A DNA stretch of 61,496 nucleotides, taken from the NCBI GenBank assembly GCA_029979375.1, contig JAPOHQ010000001.1:1-61496 (forward strand), in the 5' to 3' direction. The stretch comes from Microbacteriaceae bacterium. Its GTDB lineage: Bacteria; Actinomycetota; Actinomycetes; Actinomycetales; Microbacteriaceae. Below, one piece after another: positions 47,845 to 58,702 of this stretch. Numbering within the stretch: the first letter of the stretch is position 1; each line of letters begins with the position of its first letter. The position numbers and the translations under genes were made by a program. The notes beneath the pieces are model-generated. The model ran no database searches. It saw only the letters and a list, made by a program, of their open reading frames with translations, and was not told where the DNA came from.

Positions 47845-48337
47845 GCCCGCCACCTATTTCGTCCCCAAGCATGGTTCTCAGGATCGCGAGGCTTACCCCA
47901 ATTACTAGGAAGCTGTCGGCGAGATTGAAGATCGGGAAGTTGAAGGGAATCTGGATGAAGTCGACGACGTGACCATTGAAGAACTCAGGAGCCTTCAACG
48001 CCCGGTCGATTAGGTTTCCGGCAGCTCCCCCGAGCACGAAACCCGCGATCACCGACCAGGTCATGGTCTTGGCTCTTGGGCCGAAGGTAATCATGGCAAT
48101 GGTTGCGGCCAGTGAAATGGTCGTCAATATCCAGGTTGCACCGACACCTAGGGAGAAGGCTGCGGCGTCGTTATAGGCCAGGCGAAACTTCAGCAGCTCA
48201 CCGATGACTGGTATCGAACCTTGCCCAACCAGGGTACTTTCAGCCCAAAACTTGGTTATTTGATCGAGAGCGACAACCGCAATTGCTATCGCGAAGAAGA
48301 CAGCTGTGCGCGGACCTCTAGTCCTTGCGCTTCTCAC
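47834..48337 (-). CDS. lspA: Lipoprotein signal peptidase II
   Basis: DQITK, N..AAFS, GGAAGNLIDR, VVDF, FNLAD. Confidence 0.95.
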   Translation of the reverse strand: MRSARTRGPRTAVFFAIAIAVVALDQITKFWAESTLVGQGSIPVIGELLKFRLAYNDAAAFSLGVGATWILTTISLAATIAMITFGPRAKTMTWSVIAGFVLGGAAGNLIDRALKAPEFFNGHVVDFIQIPFNFPIFNLADSFLVIGVSLAILRTMLGDEIGGGRAK

Positions 48338-49055
48338 GCTTGGACGGCTCTTCTTCGGTTAGGTCTTCGAGCTCTACCGACTCTTCCACCTCGGTCTCAC
48401 TGGAGTCTTCAGACTCTTCAGATTCCTCGGCGAGCGGCGTCTCTGAGGTGCCCAGCGGAGCAGGCTCCTGGGAGTAATACTCGTACTCAACCTCGGCCTC
48501 TGTTGCCGGTGAGATCTCGTCTGAGATGTCCATGTAGGCCTCTTCGGAGAGTATCTGCTCGAGCTGACCCTGGATGTAGTCGCGCAACTTGGAACGGTAT
48601 TCGGCCTCGAAGCGCTTGAGGTCTTCAACGGCCTCCTCGACACTGCGCCTGTCCAGCTCAAGCTGGTTTAGCACCTCACGGGCCTGTGCCTCAGCGTCTC
48701 GCACGATTCTGGCGGCCTCGCGCTGGGCATCGCGAATAATCTGCTCGCGCTTTACACGACCCTCTTGAACGTGGTCGGCGTGCAGCTTCTGAGCCAGCTC
48801 GATGATGCTCTTCGAGGCGTCGGTGTCCTCGTCCGCCAAAGGTGCTGGAGGGTTCACGGCTACCGGGAAGGCTTCAACCTCAACCTCACCGGCAGGCGAG
48901 CCCTGGGTCTTGAGATCCTGATTCTCGGAGAGGATCTTGCGAAGCTCGACGACGATTTCATCTAGGTAGTCATCAACTTCATCCTGGTCATAGCCCTCGC
49001 GGAACTTAGTTACCTGGAACCGCTTGGCCAGAATGTCTTCTGGAGATAACGCCAT
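48318..49055 (-). CDS. divIVA: DivIVA/Wag31 family protein
   Basis: LSPEDI..KRF..TKFREGYDQDEVDDYLD, coiled coil, FEAEYRSKL, acidic tail. Confidence 0.92.
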   Translation of the reverse strand: MALSPEDILAKRFQVTKFREGYDQDEVDDYLDEIVVELRKILSENQDLKTQGSPAGEVEVEAFPVAVNPPAPLADEDTDASKSIIELAQKLHADHVQEGRVKREQIIRDAQREAARIVRDAEAQAREVLNQLELDRRSVEEAVEDLKRFEAEYRSKLRDYIQGQLEQILSEEAYMDISDEISPATEAEVEYEYYSQEPAPLGTSETPLAEESEESEDSSETEVEESVELEDLTEEEPSKREKRKD

Positions 49056-49105
49056 TGTGAACCTTTCCTAGCGCCTAAAAAAGCCTTCGCCTATGTTATT
49101 GCCAC

Positions 49106-49390
49106 CTACAGGCCTCTGACAAAGCCCTGAAGGATAATGACAGCAAAGAGCACCAGTGTCCAGGCCAAATCTAGGCTGATTGTTCCTAGCCGCAGCGGCG
49201 GAACAAAGCGACGGACAAATTTAAGCGGCGGATCGGTCAGGGTGTAGGCAAAATCGAGTATCGGAAGCAAAAGACCCTTGGGCCTCCAGGAAGAGTTGAC
49301 ACCCATTACCAGGTCCGACACGAACCTTGCGAGCATGGCGTAGAAAAAGAGCTGAAGCGCCCAGTAGAGAACGAAGCCGACGATACTCAT
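49106..49390 (-). CDS. YggT/YlmG family membrane protein
   Basis: WRPKG, YTLTDPPL..VRRFVPPLRLG..LDL; between sepF and divIVA. Confidence 0.9.
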   Translation of the reverse strand: MSIVGFVLYWALQLFFYAMLARFVSDLVMGVNSSWRPKGLLLPILDFAYTLTDPPLKFVRRFVPPLRLGTISLDLAWTLVLFAVIILQGFVRGL

Positions 49391-49393
49391 CAG

Positions 49394-49783
49394 CTACTGC
49401 ATCAAATCCTCTGGCTCATCCTCATCGGGATCAGCGTCGGTAACTGCGACGTTCTGGGGGCTAAGCAGGAAAACCTTTGGTGTAACGCGCCTCAGGTGGC
49501 CCTCCAGGCCCTCTTTGAGCCCAATCATGAAATCAAGCATGCGCTTGGCATCTGCCTCGCTCATGGAGCCGATGTTAACGATGACCGGCACACCCGAGCG
49601 GAAGTGCGAGGCTACCTCCCTGGCATCCGAGTAGTTCTCTGGATCCAAGGTCACAATTTCTGACATGTCCGCGGAGCGGCGGGGCTTGGGAGCTGCTGGT
49701 CGCGGCTTAGGGGCGCTCTCCTTTGGAGCACTTTCGCCCGAGCCGAATCCAAAGAAGCCCATTACTGAATTAACGATTCCCAT
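49394..49783 (-). CDS. sepF: Cell division protein SepF
   Basis: P..Y.DA..VA.HFR.G.PVIVN, AKR.LDF..GL, VFLLSP. Confidence 0.92.
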   Translation of the reverse strand: MGIVNSVMGFFGFGSGESAPKESAPKPRPAAPKPRRSADMSEIVTLDPENYSDAREVASHFRSGVPVIVNIGSMSEADAKRMLDFMIGLKEGLEGHLRRVTPKVFLLSPQNVAVTDADPDEDEPEDLMQ

Positions 49784-49814
49784 GATTACTCCTCAACTGC
49801 CTCAAGACTAGGTC

Positions 49815-50495
49815 CTAGGCGGGCCTAGGGCCTGTAATGGCACTCCCAACCCGGATATGTGTCGCGCCCATGGAAATTGCCGTCTCGAAGTCCTCGCTCA
49901 TTCCCATTGACAGGTCAGTGGCCGAGGGTGCGAGTCGTTGCACCCGCTCGGCTAATTGCAGAGTCCTGTCGAACTCAGCGCGGGGTTCCTTGCCCAACCC
50001 GGCGACCGCCATTACCCCTCTAAGCCTCAGGCGAGGAATCTCCAGGACAAGCTCAGTTAGCGCCTCCAGATTCTCTTCGCTTACTCCCCCACGACCGGAA
50101 TCTTCAGTCAAGTTGAGCTCGATGAAACCATCGATCTCCCGGTCCTGATTCTCCAGCTGCTTGCCCAGCTCTTTCACGAGTGATTCTCGATCGATCGAGT
50201 GGATTGTCGAGGCGTAGCTCAGCACGCTTTTGACTTTGTTGGATTGCAGCTGGCCGACAAAGTGCCAGGTCGCCTCGCGGCCGGCAGTCCTCAGCGCCTC
50301 GGCCTTGGGCTTGGCCTCTTGATCGCGATTCTCGCCGAAGTGCCGGTGACCAAGATCGAACAGCTCATGGGCCACCTCAGTCGGATGCAGCTTCGTAATC
50401 ACGATCAGCTCTACCGACAGGGGTTCGCGATTCGCCGCCAGGCAAGCACTAGCCACTCGCTCCTTTACTGAGCTGTAGCGCTCAGCAAGGCTCAT
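49815..50495 (-). CDS. yggS: PLP homeostasis protein YggS
   Basis: ITK, FGENR.QE, WHFVGQLQSNK, LSMGMS.D, IRVGSAI. Confidence 0.94.
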   Translation of the reverse strand: MSLAERYSSVKERVASACLAANREPLSVELIVITKLHPTEVAHELFDLGHRHFGENRDQEAKPKAEALRTAGREATWHFVGQLQSNKVKSVLSYASTIHSIDRESLVKELGKQLENQDREIDGFIELNLTEDSGRGGVSEENLEALTELVLEIPRLRLRGVMAVAGLGKEPRAEFDRTLQLAERVQRLAPSATDLSMGMSEDFETAISMGATHIRVGSAITGPRPA

Positions 50496-51655
50496 TAGCG
50501 GAAGAACTCTGGCAGATCCAGATCGTCACCAAATGAACCGGTGCTCGAAGGCTTGCTGGCCTGTGCGGGCTGGAGCTCCTCTTCGGCCTCGAAACTCGGG
50601 GCTTCGACCTCCACCGGCTCAACCACTTCTGGTTCGACTACGGCCTCGGTTTCCAGGACCTCTTCCCGAGAGCCAATCATGGCGCTTTCAAACTTGCGGT
50701 GCTTGGGCTCACCACCATCGAATCCGGCGGCAATAACGGTGATTCTTACCTCGTCACCAAGGGTGTCCTCGATGGTGGCACCAAAGATGATGTTGGCCTC
50801 TGGGTGGACGGCCTCCTGCACCAGTCTCGCGGCATCGTCGATCTCGTGAAGACCAAGGTCGGAAGCACCCTGGACCAGCAGCAAGACACCGTGTGCGCCC
50901 TCAATGGTTGCCTCAAGTAGCGGCGAGGAAACGGCGATTTCTGCGGCTCGAACGGCTCGGTCTTCGCCTTTGGCAGTACCAATACCCATCAGGGCACTTC
51001 CGGCACCCTGCATTACAGACTTTACGTCGTTGAAGTCGAGGTTGATCAGACCTGGCACCACGATCAAATCACTGATGCCTTGCACGCCGGCGCGAAGCAC
51101 ATCGTCCGCTGTCATGAAGGCCTCGAGAGCGGAGACCTTCTTGTTTGACATCTCGAGCAGGCGCTGGTTTGGCACCACGATCAGGGTGTCCACTTCTTCG
51201 CGCAGCGACTTGATTCCCTCGTCGGCCTGCACGGCGCGGCGCTTACCCTCGAAGTTGAAGGGTCGAGTCACAACACCAACGGTTAGCGCACCGAGGCGCT
51301 TTGCGATGCGAGCGACCACTGGAGCACCTCCGGTGCCGGTGCCACCGCCCTCACCGGCGGTAACAAAGACCATGTCGGCACCTTTGAGGGCCGCCTCAAT
51401 CTCACTCTCGTGCTCCTCAGCAGCACGGCGACCCACCTCGGGGTCCGCCCCAGCTCCCAATCCCCTGGTTATGTCTCTACCGATATCGAGCTTGACGTCG
51501 GCATCGCTCATGAGCAAGGCCTGGGCATCGGTGTTGACTGCTACAAATTCGACGCCACGAAGCCCGGTTTGGATCATGCGGTTTAGGGCGTTTACGCCTC
51601 CACCGCCGACACCAACGACCTTGATGACGGCCTGATAGTTAGGTGACTGGGTCAC
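50495..51655 (-). CDS. ftsZ: Cell division protein FtsZ
   Basis: [17 protein letters not shown] tubulin signature, INLDFND, C-terminal DLDLPEF; GGAGG SD. Confidence 0.98.
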   Translation of the reverse strand: MTQSPNYQAVIKVVGVGGGGVNALNRMIQTGLRGVEFVAVNTDAQALLMSDADVKLDIGRDITRGLGAGADPEVGRRAAEEHESEIEAALKGADMVFVTAGEGGGTGTGGAPVVARIAKRLGALTVGVVTRPFNFEGKRRAVQADEGIKSLREEVDTLIVVPNQRLLEMSNKKVSALEAFMTADDVLRAGVQGISDLIVVPGLINLDFNDVKSVMQGAGSALMGIGTAKGEDRAVRAAEIAVSSPLLEATIEGAHGVLLLVQGASDLGLHEIDDAARLVQEAVHPEANIIFGATIEDTLGDEVRITVIAAGFDGGEPKHRKFESAMIGSREEVLETEAVVEPEVVEPVEVEAPSFEAEEELQPAQASKPSSTGSFGDDLDLPEFFR

Positions 51656-51674
51656 TTCATGCCTCCTGCTGGAA

Positions 51675-51704
51675 AACCCTCAAGTTAAGGCTGAGGCTTA
51701 ACTT
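51675..51704. promoter_or_regulatory. Putative FtsR (MerR-type) operator upstream of ftsZ
   Basis: AACCCTCAAGTTAAGGCTGAGGCTT resembles the actinobacterial FtsR site as I recall it; it overlaps a perfect AAGTTAAG-N7-CTTAACTT inverted repeat. Confidence 0.6.
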
Positions 51705-51795
51705 TTCTCAGGATTTTCAATTAGCGCCACGAAGGTAGAGGTCAAAGGCCCCAAGAATAAGAAGGCCTTCGGGCGTGTCGTAAACAACAGATGAA

Positions 51796-52566
51796 CTAAA
51801 AATCCGGGTACCTGACCACTGGAGAGTTCGGTGAGGACACATCAATCTCGACTCCCTCTTCCAGGCCAGTGGCAATCAGCGAGTCGAGCACCTCAGCCTT
51901 GAGCAGCGAATCCTCGTTTGAACCCCAAATCACGCTCCAATTGCCATCTTTCAGGGTGAGTTTGGTGGTCAGCTGCGGCGAAACCTCCACCGAGAAGACC
52001 TGGCTGTAGGTAGTTTTCGGCAAACTGAGCAGCAACTCAACGGCATTGCGATACTCGGGCGAAGCCAATGGGTCGCCGTAGAAGATGAGAAACGGGTATT
52101 CCCCCACGCTCGCCGCAGGTGCAATCTGCACGCCCGCGGCGTCATAAAGGAAGTTTTCTCCCCCGCGAACCAGAACAACTAGCGGCTGGCGCTCCCGGAC
52201 CTTGACGCGCAGGGTGTGCGGTGGCTCGGCTCGGAAAGTGAAGGTCTCAATCAGTGAAAAGTCCGCCAGCAGCCCAGTGAGTTCGGCTTCGCTGATGGTG
52301 GGGAGCGGCCTGCCCATCAGGGATGTGAGTTCCGCGCGCACATCCTGTGCCGAAAGGCGCTCGTTTCCAGTTATCACGATCCGCTCGAGGGCAAGGATTG
52401 GAGTGAAGTAGGCAGCCAATACAAGCGCGACCAGAGCAATAGGTGACGTTACGGCAAGGGATCTAAACCAAATTGTCAGGCCACCGATCTTGCGGCGTTT
52501 TTTCGGCTTTGCCTTTCCGAGCTTTCGTCGCTCCTCGCGCAACAGCTCGCGATCTGAACGGGCCAC
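51796..52566 (-). CDS. ftsQ: Cell division protein FtsQ/DivIB
   Basis: Basic N-terminus, single TM, POTRA region (ITGN, PPHTL.VKVRER.P), WGS, DVSSP. Confidence 0.9.
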   Translation of the reverse strand: MARSDRELLREERRKLGKAKPKKRRKIGGLTIWFRSLAVTSPIALVALVLAAYFTPILALERIVITGNERLSAQDVRAELTSLMGRPLPTISEAELTGLLADFSLIETFTFRAEPPHTLRVKVRERQPLVVLVRGGENFLYDAAGVQIAPAASVGEYPFLIFYGDPLASPEYRNAVELLLSLPKTTYSQVFSVEVSPQLTTKLTLKDGNWSVIWGSNEDSLLKAEVLDSLIATGLEEGVEIDVSSPNSPVVRYPDF

Positions 52567-53955
52567 CTAGTCCTCCAGGGCTGCAAGCAAGTCCGGAACC
52601 ATGCGATTGATGTCGCCGCAGCCCATGGTGATTATGAAGTCGCCAGGGCCTGCAAGCCTCGCGGCAGCGGATGGGACATCGTCCCACTGCGGCACATAGT
52701 GCATGTTCTCGGACCTGGCGTAACGGTCGGCAATCAGCGCCCCGGTAACACCTGGCTCGGGATCTTCTCTAGCCGCATAGATATCGGTCACTACGGCCTC
52801 GTCACTGAGCAGCAGCGCATCGGCAAACTCTTGGGCAAATAGCCTGGTCCTCGAGTAGAGGTGGGGCTGGAACACCGTGATTAGCCTCCCCTTTCCAACA
52901 ACAGCCCTGGCCGCCTTCAGCGCAGCGGCAACCTCGGTGGGGTGATGGGCAAAGTCGTCATAGACCTTTACCCCCCTCTGATCGCCGTGCAGCTCAAAGC
53001 GCCGCTGGGTGCCGGCAAAACCCACCACCGCATCGGCCGCAGCTGCAAATTCAAACCCGAGACCAACCAAGACCGCTACCGCACCGGCAGCATTCAGCGC
53101 GTTGTGCTCACCAGGGATGCTCAGCTCAAGGTTGGCGGCCTCAGAGCCGAAGTGCAGGCGGAAACTCACCCTGGGGCCAGACGCATCGATGTCCGAGACT
53201 CTCACCACCGAGCCTTCACTCTGGCCGAAAGTGATGATTCTGTTGTGCTTGAGAAGTCTGCGAACAGCGACCGCGCCGGGGTCGTCGGCGGAAATAACAA
53301 CGAAGTCGCTGGCTCCATCGGCAAACTTGGCAAATTCCGCCTGAAAGGCTTCGAGCGATCCGTAGTGGTCTAGGTGATCGGGATCGACGTTGGTAACGAG
53401 GGCAACTGCGGTGTCGTAATGCAGGAATGAGCTGTCGGACTCATCAGCCTCGATTACAAAATGCTCGCCTTGCCCAAAGGCGCTGGAAAAGCCGTACTCC
53501 TGGATGACACCGCCATTTACGAAGCTGGGATCTGCCCCAAGGCGCCTGAGGGCGCTGATGATCATGCCGGTCGAGGTGGTCTTGCCGTGGGCCCCCGCCA
53601 CGGCAATTGGCTTGCCACGAGAGGCCAGATGAGCCAGCAGGGCGGAGCGGTGCAGCACCGCTAGCCCGCGCTCCTTGGCAAGCAAATACTCGGGGTTTGT
53701 GGGCCAAAGCGCGCTAGTGACCACAACCGTGTCGGCATCGCCGAGATTCTGCGCGTCGTGCCCAATCGCAATCTCGATACCAAGCTCACGAAGGCTGGAG
53801 ATATTGAACCCCTCGCGGACATCTGAGCCTGTCACTCGGTGCCCCATTCCGTGGACGAGTCGGGCTATGCCTGACATGCCAGAGCCACCAATGCCAACAA
53901 AATGGACCTTTCCAAGGTCCTCTGGAACGGAAACTGAATAGTCGGGCTTAATCAC
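52567..53955 (-). CDS. murC: UDP-N-acetylmuramate--amino acid ligase MurC
   Basis: [46 protein letters not shown]. Confidence 0.96.
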   Translation of the reverse strand: MIKPDYSVSVPEDLGKVHFVGIGGSGMSGIARLVHGMGHRVTGSDVREGFNISSLRELGIEIAIGHDAQNLGDADTVVVTSALWPTNPEYLLAKERGLAVLHRSALLAHLASRGKPIAVAGAHGKTTSTGMIISALRRLGADPSFVNGGVIQEYGFSSAFGQGEHFVIEADESDSSFLHYDTAVALVTNVDPDHLDHYGSLEAFQAEFAKFADGASDFVVISADDPGAVAVRRLLKHNRIITFGQSEGSVVRVSDIDASGPRVSFRLHFGSEAANLELSIPGEHNALNAAGAVAVLVGLGFEFAAAADAVVGFAGTQRRFELHGDQRGVKVYDDFAHHPTEVAAALKAARAVVGKGRLITVFQPHLYSRTRLFAQEFADALLLSDEAVVTDIYAAREDPEPGVTGALIADRYARSENMHYVPQWDDVPSAAARLAGPGDFIITMGCGDINRMVPDLLAALED

Positions 53956-55024
53956 GGCTACCAGTATGCAGGGCGCTCAGGGTGAGATCGCGAAGCCGCT
54001 CTGTGGCGTCAACGATTGCCACGCTCCTGGCGGCCTTCGACATCCCCTCCAACGTCTTTCGATGGCTAATCATGGGCACGATCTTCTCGGCGATGTAAGC
54101 CGGGGTGAACTCGCGGTCTGCCACCAGCACCCCGCCTCCCGCATCCACGACCGTTAGGGCGTTGAAGCGCTGCTCACCGTTGCCAACGGGGTAGGGAACA
54201 TAAACCGCGGGCAAGCCGCAGGCCGAAAACTCGGCAACGGTAGATGCGCCAGCTCGAGAAATCGCCAGGTCGCTAGCCGCAATGGCCGCATCCATCCGAT
54301 TGCAGTAGGCAAGCCGAACATAGCCAGGGGTCTTGGCATCCGGCAGGCCGGCCTTGTCCCCGACGATGTGCAAGACCTGCACCCCTGCGTTTTTTAGGGT
54401 ATCCAGCGACTCGATTACCGCGTCATTGATGCTCTTGGCACCCTGCGAACCACCCGTAACCAGCAGCGTTGGAAGCGACGGATCCATCCCCAGCTCGACC
54501 CGAGCCTGCTGCTTGTCATAACCCGCAACGGAAACAGCTATCTCAGACCTGATCGGCATTCCCGTCAAAACATGCGGTTCTAGATTGCTGTTTGGGAACG
54601 CGACCGCGACTTTGGTTGTGAACCTTGCTCCGAGGCGATTGGCAAACCCTGCAATCGCATTTGCCTCGTGAATCACCAGCGGCTTCTTGCTCAGCCAGGC
54701 AGCCAAATAGGCAGGCGCTGAGGCATAGCCTCCAAAGCCGACCACCGCATCAATCTGCCTGTCACGCAGGATATTCGACACCAGCCGGCTTGCCATGAAG
54801 AGCCGCACTGGAAACCCGAGGGCGCTAAGGCTCAGCCGACGCGGCATCGGAAGCCGGGGAATCGTTAGAAGCTCAAAACCGCGCTCTGGCACGAGGCGAG
54901 ACTCCAGGCCCTCCCGGGTTCCAAGGGCAATGACCTCATGGCCCTCGGACCGCAAAAGTTCAGCCAGGGCAAGCAGCGGATTGACATGACCGCCAGTGCC
55001 ACCGCCAGCCAGCAGCAGCCGCAC
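53948..55024 (-). CDS. murG: Lipid II GlcNAc transferase MurG
   Basis: GGGTGGH, GFGGY, HEAN, GGSQGA, RAGA, EQ..NA. Confidence 0.97.
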   Translation of the reverse strand: MRLLLAGGGTGGHVNPLLALAELLRSEGHEVIALGTREGLESRLVPERGFELLTIPRLPMPRRLSLSALGFPVRLFMASRLVSNILRDRQIDAVVGFGGYASAPAYLAAWLSKKPLVIHEANAIAGFANRLGARFTTKVAVAFPNSNLEPHVLTGMPIRSEIAVSVAGYDKQQARVELGMDPSLPTLLVTGGSQGAKSINDAVIESLDTLKNAGVQVLHIVGDKAGLPDAKTPGYVRLAYCNRMDAAIAASDLAISRAGASTVAEFSACGLPAVYVPYPVGNGEQRFNALTVVDAGGGVLVADREFTPAYIAEKIVPMISHRKTLEGMSKAARSVAIVDATERLRDLTLSALHTGSRD

Positions 55025-56175
55025 TACGAACCCCTTCGGCCGAGTTTCGAGACTCGATCACGCTCAACGGCTAAAACAACTCCGATTGCTGCCATGGTCG
55101 AGATAAGCGAGGAGCCTCCGGCCGATATCAGCGGCAGCGGAACGCCGAGGACTGGGAAGACTCCCAGAACCACACCGATATTGATAAACGCCTGCATCAC
55201 GATCCAGATCATTACTCCGACCACGATGTTCCTGGAAAAGGCATTGGTTTGAAGCCTTGCGATCGCAAAAAACGTTAGACCGATTGCAAAGAAAATCAGA
55301 ATCACCGCGAGGGCCCCGACGAGCCCCAGCTCCTCGCCGATCACGGCAAAAATGAAGTCGTTCTCTACCTCTGGAATCCAGCTCCATTTCAGCTTCGAGC
55401 GCCCCAGTCCGGTTCCCCAGAGTCCCCCTGAGGCCAGGGCCCAGGTGCCATGCTCAAACTGCCAGCGGACGCCCATCGGGTCTGCCATCTCGGGGTTGAG
55501 CCAGGCCTCGAACCGCACCCGCCGAGATGGCGAGCTGGCCACAAGGGCAAAGGCCCCCAGGGCTCCAACAGCACCCATGGTTAGCCAGGTGGTCCAGCGC
55601 ATTCCGGCAAACAAATACATGCCCATCAGCACGATTGCCATTACGACTCCGGTGCCCATATCGCGCCCCATCAGCGCCACCAGCACCAAAGCCACACCCG
55701 AAGCCGCAAAGACCCAAGTCCAAAGCTGTCTGGTTTTCAGGGGGTCTCCCCCGGTCTGGGAGAGCCAGTTGGCCAGAGCAATAATCAGTGCCAGCTTGAG
55801 AAACTCACTGGGCTGGATGCTGACAGGCCCCAGGTCCAACCAGTTTCGGTTTCCGTTGATGTCTTGTCCCAAAAACACCGTCGCAACCTGCAGCCCGAGG
55901 GCAATCAGCAGGAAGGTCTGACCGATTCGCCGATAGAACTTCATCGGGAGGTTGGAGGCAATTAGCAGTGCAACAAAACCAACAATTGCGAACAGCCCCT
56001 GCCGCAAAAATACCGAGGCAGCATTTGATGTCTCCTTGAAGGAATCAACTGCAGACGCGCTGGCAACCATTGCAAGCCCTAGGCCCACGGTTATCAGCGT
56101 CAGACCAAGCAGCATCAGACCCTGCCGGGACTGGCTTCGAATCTTTGGCCTGAGGGCCTCTCTGACGTTCGTCAT
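55024..56175 (-). CDS. ftsW: SEDS peptidoglycan polymerase FtsW
   Basis: NGNRNW, QPSEFLK, DFIFAVIGEELG, GVPLPLISAGGSS. Confidence 0.96.
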   Translation of the reverse strand: MTNVREALRPKIRSQSRQGLMLLGLTLITVGLGLAMVASASAVDSFKETSNAASVFLRQGLFAIVGFVALLIASNLPMKFYRRIGQTFLLIALGLQVATVFLGQDINGNRNWLDLGPVSIQPSEFLKLALIIALANWLSQTGGDPLKTRQLWTWVFAASGVALVLVALMGRDMGTGVVMAIVLMGMYLFAGMRWTTWLTMGAVGALGAFALVASSPSRRVRFEAWLNPEMADPMGVRWQFEHGTWALASGGLWGTGLGRSKLKWSWIPEVENDFIFAVIGEELGLVGALAVILIFFAIGLTFFAIARLQTNAFSRNIVVGVMIWIVMQAFINIGVVLGVFPVLGVPLPLISAGGSSLISTMAAIGVVLAVERDRVSKLGRRGS

Positions 56176-57602
56176 TTGAGCTCCCGAACCGCTGCGATGA
56201 ACTTATCCCCGCGCTCTGCATAGTCCTTGAACTGATCGATGGATGCAGCCGCGGGAGCCAGCAGCACGGTGTCCCCCGCCGCTGCCAACGAGGTCGCTGC
56301 ACTCACCGCCTGACTCATCACATCATCACCTGAGATGACAGTAACTTGAGCGCCTGGAAGCAGCTCGGTGACAAGCCGAGCGGTCTGATCCGAGGTTATT
56401 CCAATTACGACGACGGCTTTTAGCCTCTTGGCGTGAGTTTGAATGAGCTCGCGAGGGTCGGTCCCCTTGAAGTCTCCTCCCATGATCCAAACCACCGAAT
56501 CGTAGGAAGTCAGTGAGCTGTTCGCCGCATGGGGATTGGTGGCCTTCGAGTCATTGACGAAGCTAACGCCGGCGCTAACTGCAACCAGCTGATTTCTATG
56601 GGGCGAGATCTGAAAGCTTGAAAGCGCATGCTTTATCTCAGCTGGAGAGACAGCTACGGCTCTGGTAAGAGCAGTTGCCGCTGCAACGTTGGCTTTGAGC
56701 TGGTCCGAAACGCTCGCAATCTCACCGAGGTCTGCCTCGGTCACAATCTCGAGGGCCCGGTCTTTGCGATTGTCGAGAAAGGCGCGGTCCACAAGGATGT
56801 CCTCGACAAAGCCAATCGACGAGGGTTGCGGGGTGAACAGCGAGAAACCAATTGCTCGGCAACCCTCTATTACATCCGCAGCCTTGGCCGCCTCTAGGGT
56901 CTTGTCATCCTGCTCGTTGAAGATGATGGCCTTCTCGGTTCCAAGAAAGACCTTTGCCTTGGCAGCAAAGTAGTTCGCGAGGTTGCCATGCCAATCGACG
57001 TGATCCTCGGCAAAGTTCAAAAAAGCTGAGGCAACCGGGTGAATCTCGCCAATGTAGTGCAGCTGGAAGCTCGAGAGTTCAACCACCAGATAGTCAAAGC
57101 CGACCGGGTCTCGAATCGCATCGAGGATCGGTGAACCGATGTTTCCACAAGCTAGTGCTCGCCGACCAGACCCATTCAGGATGTGGGAGACGAGCTCGCA
57201 GGTGGTGGTCTTGCCGTTTGTTCCAGTGATGGCTAGCCACCCAGCCACCTTGACTTTGTCCCTGAGCCGCCAGGCAAGGTCGATATCTGTAATCAGCGGA
57301 ATGCCTTCGCCGGAGAGGGATTGGACCAATGGGTGGGAGGGACTAAACCCCGGAGATACCACCGCGAAATTCGGCCTGAAGCCAAGCTCACCTAATAGCG
57401 CGGGGTCCTCTCCTGGAATGAAGCGTGATCCGATGACCTCAGTCATCTCGATGATTTCAGGCTTCGCGCTCGCGCCTATGGCTACCGTTTCGACGCCGAG
57501 TTCGACGAGCGTGTCTACCGCGCTGAAGCCGGACCTGGCCAGGCCAAGGACGACCGCCTTTAGATTTGACCAGTCAGCTTGCCATGAGGTGGGGAGGCTC
57601 AT
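56172..57602 (-). CDS. murD: UDP-MurNAc-dipeptide ligase MurD
   Basis: [43 protein letters not shown]; start set at ATG 57602 overlapping the mraY stop. Confidence 0.96.
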   Translation of the reverse strand: MSLPTSWQADWSNLKAVVLGLARSGFSAVDTLVELGVETVAIGASAKPEIIEMTEVIGSRFIPGEDPALLGELGFRPNFAVVSPGFSPSHPLVQSLSGEGIPLITDIDLAWRLRDKVKVAGWLAITGTNGKTTTCELVSHILNGSGRRALACGNIGSPILDAIRDPVGFDYLVVELSSFQLHYIGEIHPVASAFLNFAEDHVDWHGNLANYFAAKAKVFLGTEKAIIFNEQDDKTLEAAKAADVIEGCRAIGFSLFTPQPSSIGFVEDILVDRAFLDNRKDRALEIVTEADLGEIASVSDQLKANVAAATALTRAVAVSPAEIKHALSSFQISPHRNQLVAVSAGVSFVNDSKATNPHAANSSLTSYDSVVWIMGGDFKGTDPRELIQTHAKRLKAVVVIGITSDQTARLVTELLPGAQVTVISGDDVMSQAVSAATSLAAAGDTVLLAPAAASIDQFKDYAERGDKFIAAVRELK

Positions 57603-58702
57603 AGACCGTATATCCACTCCACATAGAACAGCCCCACCCCGGCTGCAACGCAGAGTGCGGCAATGATCCAGAACCGAACCACGATGGTGATCTCGGCCCA
57701 GCCCTTAAGTTCGAAGTGGTGATGCAGCGGTGACATCAGGAACACTCGCCTGCCAGTACCCGTGCGCCACTTGGTTAGCTTGAAGAATGCCCTCTGGATA
57801 ACCACGGAACCGGTGACAATGACGAAGATGCCGCCAATGAGCACGAGCAAAAGCTCGGTTCTCGAGAGGACCGCCAGGGCCGCTAGCGCACCGCCAAGGC
57901 CCAGCGATCCGGTATCTCCCATGAAAAGCTGCGCCGGGGAGGTGTTCCACCAAAGGAATCCCAAGCACGCGCCAACAATGGCAGCGGAAACCACCGCAAG
58001 ATCCAGCGGATCGCGGACCTCATAGCAGGCCGAGAGGTTCTCAACGGCGGTGCGGCAGGACTGGTTGAACTGCCAGAAACCGATGATCACATACGCTCCG
58101 ATGGCAAACACCGCGCTTCCTGATGCCAGTCCATCTAACCCATCGGCGATGTTCACACCGTTTGAGGAGCTCGCAACGAGCAGAAATACCCATCCGGTGA
58201 ACAACACCGCTCCGATGATGCTCCCCCAGAGGAACAGATCAACTGGGAGGTCTCGGAACAGGGAAATGTGAGTGCTGGCCGGAGTCAGGCCGCGATCGTC
58301 CGGAAACTGCAGTGCGAGGTAGGCAAAGACAACCGCCACAATCGCCTGGCCTGCGATCTTGGCCCAACCGCCAAGACCCAGGCTGCGCTGGTTGCGCACC
58401 TTCATTAGGTCGTCAACAAAACCAACGAGTCCCAAACCACTCATCATGAAGAGCACCAGTAGGGCCGAGGCACTTGGGTTCTCGCCATTTATAAACTTCG
58501 CCAAGAAATACGCGACTATCGCAGATATGAGGATTACTACCCCACCCATCGTTGGAGTGCCGCGCTTGGTTTGGTGGGTTTTCGGCCCATCATCACGAAT
58601 GAATTGGCCCCACTGAAGCTTCTTGAACAGATTTATGAATACTGGAGTGGCGAAGAGCGAGATTGCTAGTCCAATCCCGCCAGCGGCTAAGAGAGCTCTC
58701 AC
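57599..58702 (-). CDS. mraY: Phospho-N-acetylmuramoyl-pentapeptide transferase
   Basis: [35 protein letters not shown]. Confidence 0.97.
   Translation of the reverse strand: MRALLAAGGIGLAISLFATPVFINLFKKLQWGQFIRDDGPKTHQTKRGTPTMGGVVILISAIVAYFLAKFINGENPSASALLVLFMMSGLGLVGFVDDLMKVRNQRSLGLGGWAKIAGQAIVAVVFAYLALQFPDDRGLTPASTHISLFRDLPVDLFLWGSIIGAVLFTGWVFLLVASSSNGVNIADGLDGLASGSAVFAIGAYVIIGFWQFNQSCRTAVENLSACYEVRDPLDLAVVSAAIVGACLGFLWWNTSPAQLFMGDTGSLGLGGALAALAVLSRTELLLVLIGGIFVIVTGSVVIQRAFFKLTKWRTGTGRRVFLMSPLHHHFELKGWAEITIVVRFWIIAALCVAAGVGLFYVEWIYGL

Noticed and set aside
50904-51635. 243-aa plus-strand ORF
   Set aside because: Antisense to ftsZ with Ser/Thr/Pro/Arg-rich shadow composition.
2133-54196. 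KOPS-like GGGNAGGG octamers pointing to dif
   Set aside because: Some copies point towards dif (2133, 6546, 22872, 31861, 34149) but others point away (15580, 19681, 54189); a manual scan cannot establish a skew.
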